Under the pieces are notes generated by a model. The model was not told where the DNA came from. It worked only from the letters and a program-made list of their open reading frames with translations, and searched no databases. Made by a program: the position numbers and the translations under genes. From the NCBI GenBank assembly GCA_963711785.1, contig CAVQFF010000008.1:158672-222671 (forward strand): a stretch of DNA of 64,000 nucleotides, in the 5' to 3' direction. The stretch comes from an uncultured Thermoleophilia bacterium (GTDB taxonomy: Bacteria; Actinomycetota; Thermoleophilia; Gaiellales; Gaiellaceae). This document shows positions 62,794 through 64,000 of the stretch, one piece after another. The stretch's first letter is position 1; each line of letters starts with the position of its first letter.

Positions 62794-63684
62794 GACCGCG
62801 GCCCGGATCGGATCGAAGTCGGCATCGTCTCGCGCGAGCTCGCGGAACGACGGGGCCAGCTCGATCGATCGCCGCAGGTCGCCGAGCGCGGCGTCGCTCC
62901 TACCCGCGAGCGACTCGTAGCACGCGAGGTTGTAGAGCATCCCGGCGTCCTCGCCCCGCGCCAAAGCAACACGCAGCGTGTCGGCCGCGCGGGCACTGTC
63001 GCCCCGTTCGTAGAACGCGTGCGCGCGACGCTGCGCCTCCCAGGCCGTCCAGAGCAAGACCAGCCGGCGGAGCTCGCTGATCGGCTCGACGTGATCCTCC
63101 ACCCGCAGGTCGCAGATGCGGTCGATGCCCTCGCGAGAATCTGCACGCGCCCCGACGCGTTCGACGACGACGGCGGCGGACTGCTGCCCGCGTTTGTCGC
63201 CGCCCGCGGCCTGTCCCGCCTCGAGCGCTGCAACAAGACGCTCGACGAGCGAGCCGACGGTCTCCTCATAGGCCCGGGCCATCTCGTCGACGACGGCCGG
63301 GCCGGCGAGGATGTTGCCCTGCACGGCGAAGCCCGCGCCGATGCGATGACCGGCCCAGTCGAGGCAACTCGCCCCGGTGAACGCGGCGGAGCGGCCGTCG
63401 GCTGTCACCACCCCGAGCTGGCGCGTCTCCCGCCCATCGTCGTCTGCCAGAACGCGCGCGAGTGCGTCCTCCGGAGAGGCCCCGTGCTCGAGCTCTTCGA
63501 GCGCGCGAACGCCGTAGACCGCCACCCCCGCCGCCTGAGTCGCGACGGCACCAACCCCGGCGCGCGCCCACGGGACGACCGAGCCGACGGAGAAGTAGCG
63601 CGACTGGACGGCGCAGCCGACCTCGCCGGCCTCTAGGTCGGCCGCGACGATCGAGAAGGTGCTCTTGCGGCGGACGATGCTCAT
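62782..63684 (-). CDS. DUF1028-family (Ntn-hydrolase-like) protein with a TPR-like C-terminal extension
   Basis: STFSIVAADLEAGEVGCAVQSRYFSVGSVVPWARAGVGAVATQA and GDKRGQQSAAVVV match DUF1028. Confidence 0.75.
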   Translation of the reverse strand: MSIVRRKSTFSIVAADLEAGEVGCAVQSRYFSVGSVVPWARAGVGAVATQAAGVAVYGVRALEELEHGASPEDALARVLADDDGRETRQLGVVTADGRSAAFTGASCLDWAGHRIGAGFAVQGNILAGPAVVDEMARAYEETVGSLVERLVAALEAGQAAGGDKRGQQSAAVVVERVGARADSREGIDRICDLRVEDHVEPISELRRLVLLWTAWEAQRRAHAFYERGDSARAADTLRVALARGEDAGMLYNLACYESLAGRSDAALGDLRRSIELAPSFRELARDDADFDPIRAAVSEL

Positions 63685-64000
63685 GGCTCGACATGCACTC
63701 TGGCAGGCCCGCCGCGGGACTGCGTCATTCGGCCGCGTCCCTGGGCAGCATCTGGCGGCGCAGCTCCGAGAGCTGGAGCTGCGCCGCCGCTGCTCCCCCG
63801 GTCGGTCAGACGAATTGGCAGATCGACCGTGTAGGACTCGCCGGGTGATGCCGGAGCCGCGCCTGCGGCAGCGCGACTCCGGCGACCACTGGGAGTCATA
63901 CGGGAGGTAGAGACGCCGGCCGGGGATCCTGGTTGATCGACGTCGGCGATGAGGGTGATCGAAGATCTATGCGATCGACGGCTCGCGCACCCGCTCGCCC

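Overview
Very high-G+C window (judged by eye, not computed) that looks like core chromosome of an Actinomycetota-type bacterium, possibly Thermoleophilia- or Rubrobacter-like; the taxon is a guess. I can support about 60 protein-coding genes. I found no rRNA, tRNA, CRISPR array, transposase, integrase or phage gene.

The dominant feature is a long, almost entirely minus-strand, tightly packed cation-homeostasis region (about 3.6-25 kb). In transcription order it contains:
- a K+-independent H+-pyrophosphatase;
- a soluble MgtE-N/CBS protein plus an NRAMP-like transporter with a non-canonical metal site;
- kdpD (kinase core) and kdpE;
- a 136-aa ORF, a 27-aa peptide, then kdpF-kdpA-kdpC-kdpB (unusual A-C-B order);
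- a separately encoded KdpD N-terminal/USP protein and a membrane USP protein;
- a KimA-like APC transporter and two tandem APC-USP permeases;
- two TrkA (RCK) proteins.

The rest is housekeeping:
- Rex and GDH;
- tsaD-rimI-tsaB-tsaE;
- UDG;
- panC and panB;
- uvrA with a Cheo-type LexA box;
- uvrB;
- sucA;
- a GGDEF cyclase;
- a LuxR-type two-component locus with a degenerate kinase paralogue;
- GNATs and small membrane proteins.

Features not in the ORF track:
- a cobalamin riboswitch in front of an edge-truncated DUF4430 gene;
- a 125-nt three-hairpin intergenic repeat (two full inverted copies and one partial copy);
- several micro-ORFs coupled to their neighbours by 1- or 4-nt start/stop overlaps.

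The sequence also carries at least 9, and probably 11, single-nucleotide frameshifts in otherwise intact conserved genes: six in one S8 peptidase, one each in kdpB, tsaB and a histidine kinase, and two further probable cases. I read these as probable consensus indel errors or very recent lesions, and they must be resolved before any pseudogene biology is claimed.

All calls rest on manual translation and remembered family signatures. No database search was run.
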